From the NCBI GenBank assembly GCA_963751345.1, contig CAVVUS010000049.1:1-64000 (forward strand): a stretch of 64,000 nt of DNA, read 5' to 3'. The position numbers were made by a program, and so were the translations under genes. Below the pieces are notes generated by a model. The model saw only the letters and a list, made by a program, of their open reading frames with translations, did no database searches and was not told where the DNA came from. This document shows, in pieces, positions 53,173 to 62,536 of the stretch; the first letter of the stretch is position 1, and the number at the start of each line of letters is the position of its first letter. This stretch comes from an uncultured Chloroflexia bacterium. GTDB taxonomy: Bacteria > Chloroflexota > Anaerolineae > B4-G1 > SLSP01.

Positions 53173-53950
53173 TTGAGACCGAGACTTGGCCAGCGTTCGA
53201 CGACTGCGGCGGCATTGTGCCTGATCTTCCTGCTGTGGTTGGCGGGGTGTGGTCTGCTCGACACCCCGACAGCACTTCCTAGCGGCGAGTCCGTCTCCGA
53301 TCCCGGAGCGGTCACAGCACAACCCACGATTTCCCCGACAGCCGAGGCGACGACTCCCATCGGAGAGGCGAGTCCAATTGCGCCTGCCCAGGGATTGTTC
53401 GACTGGTTCTCACAGCATCTGGGGCGGACAGGTCTCCTGCTGGCGCTTCTGGCAGTGGTTGTCATGCTGCTGGCCATCGTGGTCATTGTCTTGGTCAGGC
53501 TCCTGACGCGGGCCCCGCAAACCTTCACAGACGGTGGCAGCGCCGGCGGTTCCGTCGCAAGGCATGCCTCGCCAGGGCGGGGGTAGTACCCGCGAGCTCA
53601 CCGGCGCACCCTCCGGTGCAACGCTGGTGCTGCAGGCGACGGGCAAGGAGGTACCCCCGGGAGAGCTGCCGACCTTCACGCTGAAGGCTGCCGGCGTGAC
53701 GATTGGACGGGAACCTGACAACGATCTGGTGATTGATGATGCCACGCCGGGCGCGGACACGGTCTCACGACGCCACGCTCGCGTTGTCCTTGAGGATGGG
53801 CATTGGATCGTCGAGGATCTGGACTCCCAGAATGGCATCTACGTCAACGGCCGGCGGACGGGCCGAAACCTGCTTCAGGATGGCTGGACGCTGGCGATCG
53901 GCGGCGTTCAGTTCATTTTCTATAACGGAACTGGGAGGACAGCGCAATGA
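53173..53950 (+). CDS. Lipoprotein-signal, TM, cytoplasmic FHA protein (frameshift near 53530)
   Basis: LAGC lipobox, TM LLLALLAVVVMLLAIVVIVLV, IGREPDND..VSRRHA..DLDSQNG. Confidence 0.75.
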
Positions 53951-55740
53951 AGTGCCCGAGGTGTGGCACCGAAAACGCATCGGATGCCGGCTACTGTGAA
54001 GAGTGTGGTGCGAGCTTTGGGGCCGCGCCCGCATCGGTGGCGGCGACCGGTAGCCTGAGCACGCGTCAACTGCAAGCAGGCCCAGCGACGCCGAAGAGTG
54101 GTGTGAGCTCGCTGAAGGATACAACACCGTTGGGGGAGTTCACGAACCGGTTTGCGGCACTTCCCGAAGGGGCGATTCTCGGCCGACGCTACATCGTGCG
54201 CGAGGTGCGGGTCGAGGGTGAGACCCATAACGTCTATCTGGCCGAGGGTCTCGTTCCTGCACATGAGTGTCCGAACTGTCACGCCGTCAGCGAAACCGAG
54301 GACGAGCGCTACTGCTCCGACTGTGGGGCGGAATTGCAGGGCACGGAACCTGCTGTCCGGCGCTATCTTGTGCAGGAGCGGGTGAACGGAAATGCCTTCG
54401 CGATGGAGCGCCAGCTTCTGGGCATGCAGCTCGCCCACCCGGGGCTGCTGTTGCCCCTGGAGGTGTTCCAGGAGGCTCCCTACGGCGACGCTCGCACCTA
54501 TCGCGTGGTGCCTGAGTTTGCGCCTCCCCTGGCACAGACCCTGGTACTTCCACAGCCATGGGGCAAAGTTGTGTCCTGGGGGGCCGCGCTGGCGCAAGCG
54601 ATGGCGCATCTCCACCAGCACCAGATCGCCATTGGCGCGGTGGATGTGGCCCACATTGCTGTGGATGGCGACCAGGCGCTGTGGACCGGACTTAGCGATG
54701 TAAAGATCCTTCCACCGGAGCAGCGAAGTGATGCCGGTCAAGTCTTTGCCGTGGATGTCCAGCGACTTGCCGCCGCTCTCATCTACTTAGGGACGGGGAA
54801 AGAGCAACCCGCCACCGGACTCGAGCTGCCGGTAGGACTCAAGCAACTGCTAGGACAGGCTCTCGACGGGATCAGTGCGGCGCAGTTGGCGGCGCAGCTT
54901 CGTGCGCTGCTCGGGGGGAATGGCCGGTCGAGCTATGTGTCGCTGGTCGTGGGGGCGCGGAGCGATGTCGGACCCGTTCGAGAGCTCAATGAGGACAAGG
55001 CGTTGACGCGTAACCTCTCGGCCGGTAACGGGCCGGGACCCGCAGTGGGCCTCGTTCTGGTGGCGGATGGTATGGGAGGCTACGATGCCGGGGAGGTCGC
55101 GAGCGACCTGGCCTGTCGCGCGGTCGCCGCCCTGGCGGAGACGGAGCCGCCGCGTGTGACCCCCTGGGGCGACGTGGTGCCCGAGCCGGGTGAGTGGCTC
55201 ACCCGGGCAGTGCAGGCGGCCAACCGGTCGGTGTTCGATCAACGCCGCGCGGCGAGTTCCGATATGGGCACGACGATGGTGACCGCGCTGGTGATCGGCG
55301 CCGGCATAGATGGCGAGACCGACTCGGCCCCGGCGGCAACGGCGACGATCGCCAATGTGGGCGACAGCCGATGCTACCATCTCGGCGACGGGTCGATCCG
55401 GCGGGTGACCGTTGATCATTCCCTCGTCGAGCGTCTTGTTGCGGCGGGGCAGATCACGGCGGAGGAAGCTATCAACCATCCCCAGCGGAACGTCATCTAC
55501 CGGGCAATCGGTGACCAGCCGGAGGTCGAGGTGGACCTCTATGCTCAGTTGCTTCGCCCTGGCGAGGCTCTGCTCCTCTGCTCGGACGGGTTGAGCGGCA
55601 AGGTGCGCGATGAGCGACTACTGCAGATCTGGCAAGCTTCGATGTCGCCCCAAGAGGCGTGTGACCGGATGGTCGAGGCTGCTGTTCAAGCTGGAGGCGA
55701 GGACAATATCACGGCTGTCATCATCCGGGCAGTGCCATGA
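53947..55740 (+). CDS. Zinc ribbon-pseudokinase-PP2C phosphatase fusion
   Basis: CPRC..CEEC; kinase-like RYIV..VYLAE, HPGL, LAQAMAHLHQ without HRD/DFG; PP2C RELNED, VADGMGG, NVGDSR, LCSDGL, GGEDNIT. Confidence 0.88.
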   Translation: MKCPRCGTENASDAGYCEECGASFGAAPASVAATGSLSTRQLQAGPATPKSGVSSLKDTTPLGEFTNRFAALPEGAILGRRYIVREVRVEGETHNVYLAEGLVPAHECPNCHAVSETEDERYCSDCGAELQGTEPAVRRYLVQERVNGNAFAMERQLLGMQLAHPGLLLPLEVFQEAPYGDARTYRVVPEFAPPLAQTLVLPQPWGKVVSWGAALAQAMAHLHQHQIAIGAVDVAHIAVDGDQALWTGLSDVKILPPEQRSDAGQVFAVDVQRLAAALIYLGTGKEQPATGLELPVGLKQLLGQALDGISAAQLAAQLRALLGGNGRSSYVSLVVGARSDVGPVRELNEDKALTRNLSAGNGPGPAVGLVLVADGMGGYDAGEVASDLACRAVAALAETEPPRVTPWGDVVPEPGEWLTRAVQAANRSVFDQRRAASSDMGTTMVTALVIGAGIDGETDSAPAATATIANVGDSRCYHLGDGSIRRVTVDHSLVERLVAAGQITAEEAINHPQRNVIYRAIGDQPEVEVDLYAQLLRPGEALLLCSDGLSGKVRDERLLQIWQASMSPQEACDRMVEAAVQAGGEDNITAVIIRAVP

Positions 55741-55779
55741 TGGCGTGAACCGACGCGACGACTAGACGGGAGGGGTGCG

Positions 55780-57999
55780 ATGAAGCTGCAACGTGTTCTG
55801 CTAAAGGTGATATGTTTGGCGGTCCTGTTCTCCGTGGGGTCGGTGCTCGTCGGTGCCCAGGATCTGGAGCCTCCTATCGTCGATATCCTTGGGCGGCCGG
55901 ATTCGCGTTCGGCGCCTCCCGATGTAAGCGCCTACGTGTCGGTTGTGGATCGCCCCAGTGGCCGGGTCATTGAGGGTCTGCAGGATGCCAATTTCTCGGC
56001 GCAGATCTCTGAGGAGGAGATTCAGCCGACGGTGGCTCTGGACACGACCGGTCTGGCGGTAGTGATGGTGATCGACCGGGGCGGGATCGCGCGTCGCAAC
56101 GACCCGCGTATCGGCAGTGCCGTGGATCTTGCGAGCGCCCTGCTCAATATGCTCAACGTTGACGGAACGCCCACAGCCGATCTCGTTGCCCTAATCGGCA
56201 TTCGCGGACAGGATCAGGGCGGGCTGACGCCTGCGGTGAATTTCACCGACTTCGACCCAGTCGCCATCAGCAACCAGTTTGATGCCCTGCGGACCGAGGT
56301 GGTGGACGAGACGACGCCGCTCTACGATGGGATCGACCGGGCGATCTCGTGGATTGCGAGCAACCCCGACCCAGCGATCCAGGACAAGCTGGCGCTTCGC
56401 CGCAAGATCATCTTTGTCTTCTCCGACGGCATCGACCGCGGTTTCAGCGACGAGTCGCACGAGGCCCTGATCGTCGATCAGGCCCAGCAGAACGACATCC
56501 TCATTTACGCGATCCAGATGACGGCGAACGGGAGGACCGCGGAGTCTGATAGCCTGAACGCCATGGCGACGCAGAGCAACGGCACCTTCTTCGTCGACAG
56601 CCCGGACACGCACGACCAGGTGATCTCGCACTTCCAGGACATCGTGACGCAGCGGCAGGCCTATCGTGTGACCTTCCCGCTGACCCGACCTCTGGGTGAC
56701 TACCAATTGCAGATCCGGGTGCTCAATGCGCCCGGGGGCGCCGGATCAGATATGAGCGTGGTATCTTCGAACCTGCAGAAGCCGGTCATCACCCTCAACG
56801 CTCCGCCCAATCCGACGTTCGTCGTGCCATACTCGGAGGACGATGGCGGATTCGTCACCACGATGGTGCCTTTGACGGTGCTGCTCAGCAACCGCGACGG
56901 CGCGCCTCGCAATCCCGATGAGGTCTCGTACTTCGCCAACGAGCAGCGCATCGGTGTGTCGGGTGATGTGCCCGACTATGCCTTCACGTGGGACGTGACG
57001 AACCTCGCCGCCCCGTCCACCGACCGGATCACAAGGACCTACACGCTTGTAGCGCGCGCAACCGACCCTTATCTCGACGAGGAGTTGCAGAGTCAACTGG
57101 TCGACGTGCAGGTGGCCTGGGAGCCACAGCCTGAGGCGGCCCCCCAGACGGTGTCGGAGGCGGTGACCGCCAGCGTCGCGGAGACGTGGTGGGTGCTACC
57201 GATCTTCGGTGTCCTGGGACTCGGGTTGATCGTCGTCATCGTACTGCTTGTTCGAACGCGCGGACAGGTCGCCCGGAAGGTCGTGCAGAATACCAGCACG
57301 GCAATCAAGGGGGTGACGCAGCGCCTGGGGAGCGGGGGGGCGATGCCTGCGGCCAGCGGCAAGCTCGTCGTGGTCCAGGGCCCGCGTATGGGCAACGAGT
57401 TCAGCTTGGCGACCCCTGCCGCGAGGGTTGGGCGAGATGCTGAGTTCAGCGATTTTGCCCTCAACGACCGGTTCGTCTCCAATCCGCACTTCACGATCCT
57501 GGAGGAAGGGGGGCAGTTCTACATCCGCGACGAGGGGAGTACCAACCGAACTCGCGTGAACGGCGTCGTCATCCCGCCTAACCAGCGCCTACCACTCTCG
57601 CCGGACGCCATCATTGAGGCGGGGCAGACTCGAATGCAGCTCAAACGATTGGGCGGCGACACGCGCCGGGTGGGCGCCTCGGAGACGGTCTATGCGCCTC
57701 AGACGGCGAATGCGCCTCAGACGGCGAATGCGCCTCAGACGGCGGGCGCGCCTCAGACGGCGGGAGGTCGTCCGACAGTCGCTGCGGGGCGAGGGCCTAG
57801 CTCGCCCGGGATCTCCCCGACGCGGATCGTATCTCCTCGCCAGGAGGAGCCGCGTGGTGATACGGCGGCGCCGACGGTCATCTCAGAGGACGCGGAAGAT
57901 GCTGCGACCCGGCAGCGGGCCTCCGAGGATGAAGACAAGTACAAGACGAGGAACGTCTCAGACGATAGGTACAAGACGAGGAACATCAGACAGGAGTAG
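55780..57999 (+). CDS. Signal peptide-VWA-Ig-like-TM-FHA protein with repetitive Thr-containing tail
   Basis: VMVIDRGG, TPLYDGI, FVFSDG (VWA); TM WWVLPIFGVLGLGLIVVIVLLV; VGRD..VSNPH..DEGSTNRT FHA. Confidence 0.85.
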   Translation: MKLQRVLLKVICLAVLFSVGSVLVGAQDLEPPIVDILGRPDSRSAPPDVSAYVSVVDRPSGRVIEGLQDANFSAQISEEEIQPTVALDTTGLAVVMVIDRGGIARRNDPRIGSAVDLASALLNMLNVDGTPTADLVALIGIRGQDQGGLTPAVNFTDFDPVAISNQFDALRTEVVDETTPLYDGIDRAISWIASNPDPAIQDKLALRRKIIFVFSDGIDRGFSDESHEALIVDQAQQNDILIYAIQMTANGRTAESDSLNAMATQSNGTFFVDSPDTHDQVISHFQDIVTQRQAYRVTFPLTRPLGDYQLQIRVLNAPGGAGSDMSVVSSNLQKPVITLNAPPNPTFVVPYSEDDGGFVTTMVPLTVLLSNRDGAPRNPDEVSYFANEQRIGVSGDVPDYAFTWDVTNLAAPSTDRITRTYTLVARATDPYLDEELQSQLVDVQVAWEPQPEAAPQTVSEAVTASVAETWWVLPIFGVLGLGLIVVIVLLVRTRGQVARKVVQNTSTAIKGVTQRLGSGGAMPAASGKLVVVQGPRMGNEFSLATPAARVGRDAEFSDFALNDRFVSNPHFTILEEGGQFYIRDEGSTNRTRVNGVVIPPNQRLPLSPDAIIEAGQTRMQLKRLGGDTRRVGASETVYAPQTANAPQTANAPQTAGAPQTAGGRPTVAAGRGPSSPGISPTRIVSPRQEEPRGDTAAPTVISEDAEDAATRQRASEDEDKYKTRNVSDDRYKTRNIRQE
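57694..57765 (+). repeat. 4 x 18-bp in-frame tandem repeat (APQTAN/APQTAG)
   Basis: GCGCCTCAGACGGCGnnn x4. Confidence 0.9.
57931..57990 (+). repeat. 2 x 30-bp in-frame repeat (EDKYKTRNVS/DDRYKTRNIR)
   Basis: Shared core GTACAAGACGAGGAAC. Confidence 0.85.
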
Positions 58000-58004
58000 A
58001 CACA

Positions 58005-59180
58005 ATGCCTATTTGCGCGAATTGCGGCGCCCAGCAGCCGGAGGGAGTGGCTTTCTGTGATGAGTGCGGCGCCCCATTGCGAAGCCAACAGGTGCCCGCG
58101 CAGCCGTCCCCGGCTGCAGGGCAGGCACGGACCGTGGTCGCCTCTAACGTCTGTCCGGTCTGTGGTGCGCGGACCTCGCCGCAGGATCCCTTCTGTTCGA
58201 ATTGTGGCGCTGCATTGAGAGAGGCGGCATCTGGTGTGGTGGCTGACGGGCAACCGCAGAACCTACCCCAACAGCAGGCTGTCTCGCAGCCGCCGGCGGA
58301 GCCCTGGCCAATGCCTGCCCCTGGCGCGTCGGCCGATGCCCCTACGGCTTTTGGGCAACCTGGAGTGTCTCCGCCGCAGGCGCCTGCACCCCAAGCTGGC
58401 CTCGGAGCGACCGTCGTCTCGGGGCAGGGGGGGCGTGGGATGGCGGGTGGCATTCCCCCGCAGGAGCTCTACGGTCCGCCCGGTGGCTTACCACCGGCCG
58501 GCGCCAATCTGCCCGCACCCGGTCCACTGATCTGCACGAACTGCGGGGCAAAACTCGAGCCCGACAGTGCATTTTGCGATATGTGTGGCGCTCCCGTGCG
58601 CCCACCGGCGTCTCAGAGTGCGGCCGCGCCTCAGCAGGTGCCGCAGCCTCGGACCGCATCCGGGTCCCAAGTATGGGGCCCGCCCGAGCCCGGAGCCGGC
58701 CCCTCGGCGGCTGAGCCCACGCAAACAACATCACCGCCGGCCCAGACGCCGGATGCTACTTCGTTAGCGTGGGGAGGTGAGTTGGGTACGTCGCAGTCTG
58801 CGCCACCTGTGGCCTCGGGGTATGAGGATGTTGAGCCGGCGCCTCGGCCGCCGCTGACCGGGAGGTTCATCATACAGGGGACTGACGCATCTCTGCCGAT
58901 CCCGCCCGGACAGATCGAAGTGATAGTCGGGCGAGAGGATCCTGTCAGGGGAATCCACCCCGATATTGACTTGACCGACCACGGCGGCGACGAAGGCGGC
59001 GTTTCGCGGAGGCACGCCCGGATCATCGTCGAGAGCGGTCAGTTCTACATCGAGGATCTCGAAAGCCTCAACCACACGCTTCTCAACCAGGAGCAGTTGA
59101 CGCCCGGGCACCTACGCCCACTCCATACCGGAGATGAAGTCGCCTTTGGCCGCGTGATAACCATCTTCCAGAGGACGTGA
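58005..59180 (+). CDS. Triple zinc ribbon-Pro linker-FHA cytoplasmic protein
   Basis: CANC..CDEC, CPVC..CSNC, CTNC..CDMC; VGRED..GVSRRHA..DLESLNHT. Confidence 0.88.
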   Translation: MPICANCGAQQPEGVAFCDECGAPLRSQQVPAQPSPAAGQARTVVASNVCPVCGARTSPQDPFCSNCGAALREAASGVVADGQPQNLPQQQAVSQPPAEPWPMPAPGASADAPTAFGQPGVSPPQAPAPQAGLGATVVSGQGGRGMAGGIPPQELYGPPGGLPPAGANLPAPGPLICTNCGAKLEPDSAFCDMCGAPVRPPASQSAAAPQQVPQPRTASGSQVWGPPEPGAGPSAAEPTQTTSPPAQTPDATSLAWGGELGTSQSAPPVASGYEDVEPAPRPPLTGRFIIQGTDASLPIPPGQIEVIVGREDPVRGIHPDIDLTDHGGDEGGVSRRHARIIVESGQFYIEDLESLNHTLLNQEQLTPGHLRPLHTGDEVAFGRVITIFQRT

Positions 59181-59359
59181 GAGCATCCGTGCTGGAATCG
59201 CGGATTTCTACGAACGCCGTAGGTTTGACGGCGGAAGTCCGGGACGCCGACCTCTTGGGCGGCGCGCCCGTCAGGATCACGTCGGAACGCGAGCAACCGC
59301 GATCCGTCGAGTCCAGCCAACGCGTATACTCTGGGAATCCGAGATCTCGCGAGCAGGTC

Positions 59360-60418
59360 ATGTATTCCCGGGTCGCCCAAAGACTGGACGGCGTGTTGCA
59401 TCGTGCCGAGATAGGCGATCCGAGTTGTGGGCACGTGAGCTTCGATGTGCACACGGACCGTTACATCCTCTTCTCCGACCTGCATCGCGGGGCGCGAACT
59501 GCTGCGGATGAGTTTCAGGGGGCCGAACGTGCCTATCGCGCTGCGCTTGCGTACTATCTCGAACTCGGCTACACCCTGGTCGTCCTGGGCGATGCCGAGG
59601 AGCTCTGGGAGGAACGTGCGGCTGCTGTTCTGGCTTCCTATGGTGAGACTTTCGAGCTCGAGGCAGAGTTCCATCGCCGGAGGAGATACCTGAGGATCTG
59701 GGGCAATCACGATGACGAGTGGCAGTATCCGGCCGGGGTTGGTCGGCTATTGGCACCTGTCTACGGATCACCTCGACTGCAGGTTTATGAGGGCATCCTT
59801 GTCGAGATGACCGAGGGTGATCGGACCTTGGGCCGGCTGTTCCTTGTGCATGGCCATCAGGGCGATGCGAGAAGCGATCGTTGGGCGTGGGCTTCGAAGC
59901 TGGTGATCCGCTATCTCTGGCGTCCCTATCAGCGATTGACGCGAGCGAGGATCAACACACCTGCGACAAGCTGGGGCCTCCGTGACAAGCTCAACCGCGC
60001 GATGTACGCGTGGGCGGAAACGCAAGGCAAGCTGGTGTTGATCGCGGGACATACACACCATCCGGTCTTCAGGTCGATGTCGCACGAGGCGCGAATCCGG
60101 GCGCGGCTGGCGGAGCTCGAAGCAGCCGCCGGAGATCCGATGCTGCCCTCCGAACGGCTGGAAATCGCCTACCTGCGCGCACAATTCCAGTGGGTCCGGA
60201 CGTCTAATCAAGGGTCCCAGCGGCAGCCGGAGGGGATCTCCTTCGATACGCCCTGTTATTTCAACACCGGATGCTGCTGCTATGATGACGGTGACATCAC
60301 GGGCCTTGAGATCGCTGACGGCGAGATCCGCTTGGTGCGGTGGCCCGACGATTATGGCGAACCACGTCCTCACGTGCTTGATCGCGACAGGCTGGACGCC
60401 GTGCTGGCTGCTTGCTGA
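59360..60418 (+). CDS. Calcineurin-like metallophosphoesterase
   Basis: SDLH, LGDAEE, GNHD, HGH, GHTH, NTG. Confidence 0.85.
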   Translation: MYSRVAQRLDGVLHRAEIGDPSCGHVSFDVHTDRYILFSDLHRGARTAADEFQGAERAYRAALAYYLELGYTLVVLGDAEELWEERAAAVLASYGETFELEAEFHRRRRYLRIWGNHDDEWQYPAGVGRLLAPVYGSPRLQVYEGILVEMTEGDRTLGRLFLVHGHQGDARSDRWAWASKLVIRYLWRPYQRLTRARINTPATSWGLRDKLNRAMYAWAETQGKLVLIAGHTHHPVFRSMSHEARIRARLAELEAAAGDPMLPSERLEIAYLRAQFQWVRTSNQGSQRQPEGISFDTPCYFNTGCCCYDDGDITGLEIADGEIRLVRWPDDYGEPRPHVLDRDRLDAVLAAC

Positions 60419-60434
60419 CCGGCTCTGTTAACGG

Positions 60435-61486
60435 TCAGTTTCTGACCATCACCTTGATGGTCTCCGACCGGTGTGCAGAGGCGAACTCAAAGGCTTCGAC
60501 AACCTCTGTGAAAGCGAAGCGGTGCGACACAAGCCGGTCGACGTGGAGCCTTCCCGACGCCAGCAGGCTGATCGCGGTCGGGTAGGTGTTGGCGTAGCGG
60601 TTGACTCCCCGCACGTCCAGTTCCTTTGTCCAGGACAACCTCAATCGGGAAGTCGACGGTGGAACTCTCCGGCCAACCCACGAGGGTGACCACGCCGCCA
60701 CGCTTGGCGAGGTGCGGCGTGAGTTTGCACGCGGTCGACGAGCCGCTTGTGTCGAAGACGACATCCACGCCGCGACCGTGGGTCAGCTCTGCGATCGCCT
60801 CGACGGGGTCGGATCGCAGCGACCGTTGATGGGCGTCGCGCCCAGCGAGCCGCCAGCGCTCAGCCGGTTGGCCAGGAGATCCACGGCGAACGCTTGCGTC
60901 GCGCCATAGGCCCGAGCGACGAGGAGCGTCACCAGGCCGATAGGGCCGGCACCCAGCACGGCGATCGTGTCGCCCGCGTGGAGACCCGCCCGGTTGCACG
61001 CCTGAATGCCCACGCTCACCGGCTCCACAAAGCCGCCGCCTCGTCGTCCACCGTGTCGGGCACCGGATGGGCGAAGTCGGCTGCCACAGCAGCGTACCCG
61101 GCAAAGGTCCCGTTTACGGGTGGCGCCGACATAAAGACGACGTCAGGGCAGAGATTGTAGCGTCCGGACTTGCACATCTCACAGCGTCGGCACGGAACGC
61201 CCGGTTCGATCGCCACCCGACTGCCCAGAGCAGGGCCGCTACCCGAGGCTGCTGCCTGTGCCACGACGCCGCACGCCTCGTGGCCCGGGATGTAGGGCGA
61301 GGTGACTACGAAGGGGCCGAGTTGGCCGCGCTCATAGAAATGAATGTCGGATCCGCAGAGCCCGTTCGTCGTGATGCGCACCAGCACTTCGTCAGGTCTG
61401 GGTTTCGGCGTCGCCACGCGTTCGTAGCGGAGATCGCGTGCGCTGTAGAGCACGGCTGCATCCATCGTTGCGGGCGTTTCGACCAT
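60435..61486 (-). CDS. Sorbitol/L-iditol-type zinc dehydrogenase (frameshifted)
   Basis: GLCGSDIHFY, GHEACG, RVAIEPGVPCRRCEMCKSGRYNLC, GAGPIG, RYANTYP across ORFs 61016, 60783, 60487 and 60435. Confidence 0.85.
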
Positions 61487-61528
61487 GGCGATGCTCCTTA
61501 TCGATGCGGAAACCTGGGCACCCCAGCA

Positions 61529-61607
61529 AGGTTTGTAGTAACGACTTCAGTCGTTCTGGCACCTCAGAAGGCGCTACCAGAACCGATGAATCGGTTACTA
61601 CAAACCT
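61529..61607. repeat. GTAG-type REP doublet
   Basis: AGGTTTGTAGTAACGACTTCAGTCGTT ... AACCGATGAATCGGTTACTACAAACCT. Confidence 0.8.
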
Positions 61608-61625
61608 GCTGGCCGTTTGTGGTTC

Positions 61626-62528
61626 TTACGAGTGCTTTGCTTCGATCCCGAATGCTCGTGCGACCTCTGTCAACTCCTCCATCCGCTCCTTGGTAGGCGG
61701 CGTCAGCGTGGCGGCGTCGTAGGCCATGTCCAGACTATCGTACTTGCTCGTGGCCATCGCGTGGAAGCGCAGAAGCTCGTAGGAGGCCAGGTTGGGCAGG
61801 CCTGCCACGAAGCCTGCTATCTCAGCGATGGTCGCCTCATCATCATTGACGCCCGGCACGATGGGCGTCCGGACGATGAGCGGTTTGCCCGTCTCGCCCA
61901 GACGCTTGGCGTTCTCCAGGATCCGTTCGTTGGGGACGCCAACGAAGGTGCGATGGCGCTCGGAGTTCATCAGTTTCACGTCCATCATCACCAGGTCGGT
62001 GACGGGTAGAACCCGCTCGATGCGCTCCCACGGCATGTTCGCCGCGGTCTCGATGGCGGTGTGGATGCCGGCATCGTGGCAGCGCGCCAGGACCGCTTCG
62101 GTGAATTCGAGCTGGAGCAACGGATCGCCGCCCGAGAGCGTCACGCCGCCGCCCGAGGTCTCATAGAACGCGCGGTCGCGCAACACGGTCTCGACGACAT
62201 CGTCAACGGTCTTGGTCTCGCCGATCAGGACGAGCGCCTTCGCGTAGCATGTCTCGGTGCATACCCCGCAGCCGATGCACACCGAGCGATCGAAGAGATG
62301 CTCGCCATCGACGAGGGTATGCGCGCCCTGCGGGCAGCGCTCGAAGCACTCACCACACCCGATGCAGCGGTCCAGGAAGAGCTGCAATTGCGGCTTCGGG
62401 CTCAGCGTCTCCGGGTTGTGGCACCAGAAGCAGCGTTGGTTGCAGCCCTTCAGAAAGACCGTCGTACGGATGCCTGGGCCATCGTGGATCGAAAAGTGTT
62501 GGATATCTGTGACGATGCCTTCGATCAT
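61626..62528 (-). CDS. Glycyl-radical enzyme activating protein (radical SAM with ferredoxin insert)
   Basis: HDGPGIRTTVFLKGCNQRCFWCHNPE; CIGCGEC and CIGCGVC; GGGVTLSGGD. Confidence 0.92.
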   Translation of the reverse strand: MIEGIVTDIQHFSIHDGPGIRTTVFLKGCNQRCFWCHNPETLSPKPQLQLFLDRCIGCGECFERCPQGAHTLVDGEHLFDRSVCIGCGVCTETCYAKALVLIGETKTVDDVVETVLRDRAFYETSGGGVTLSGGDPLLQLEFTEAVLARCHDAGIHTAIETAANMPWERIERVLPVTDLVMMDVKLMNSERHRTFVGVPNERILENAKRLGETGKPLIVRTPIVPGVNDDEATIAEIAGFVAGLPNLASYELLRFHAMATSKYDSLDMAYDAATLTPPTKERMEELTEVARAFGIEAKHS

Positions 62529-62536
62529 CAGATGGC

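Noticed and set aside
57694-57765. Possible CRISPR array (also 18923-18980, 33601-33640)
   Set aside because: Abutting short repeats without unique spacers; no cas genes
42765-59180. Type VI or type VII secretion locus (FHA, PP2C, kinase, VWA, subtilase are accessory to these)
   Set aside because: No Tss/Hcp/VgrG, FtsK-type EccC or WXG100 genes visible
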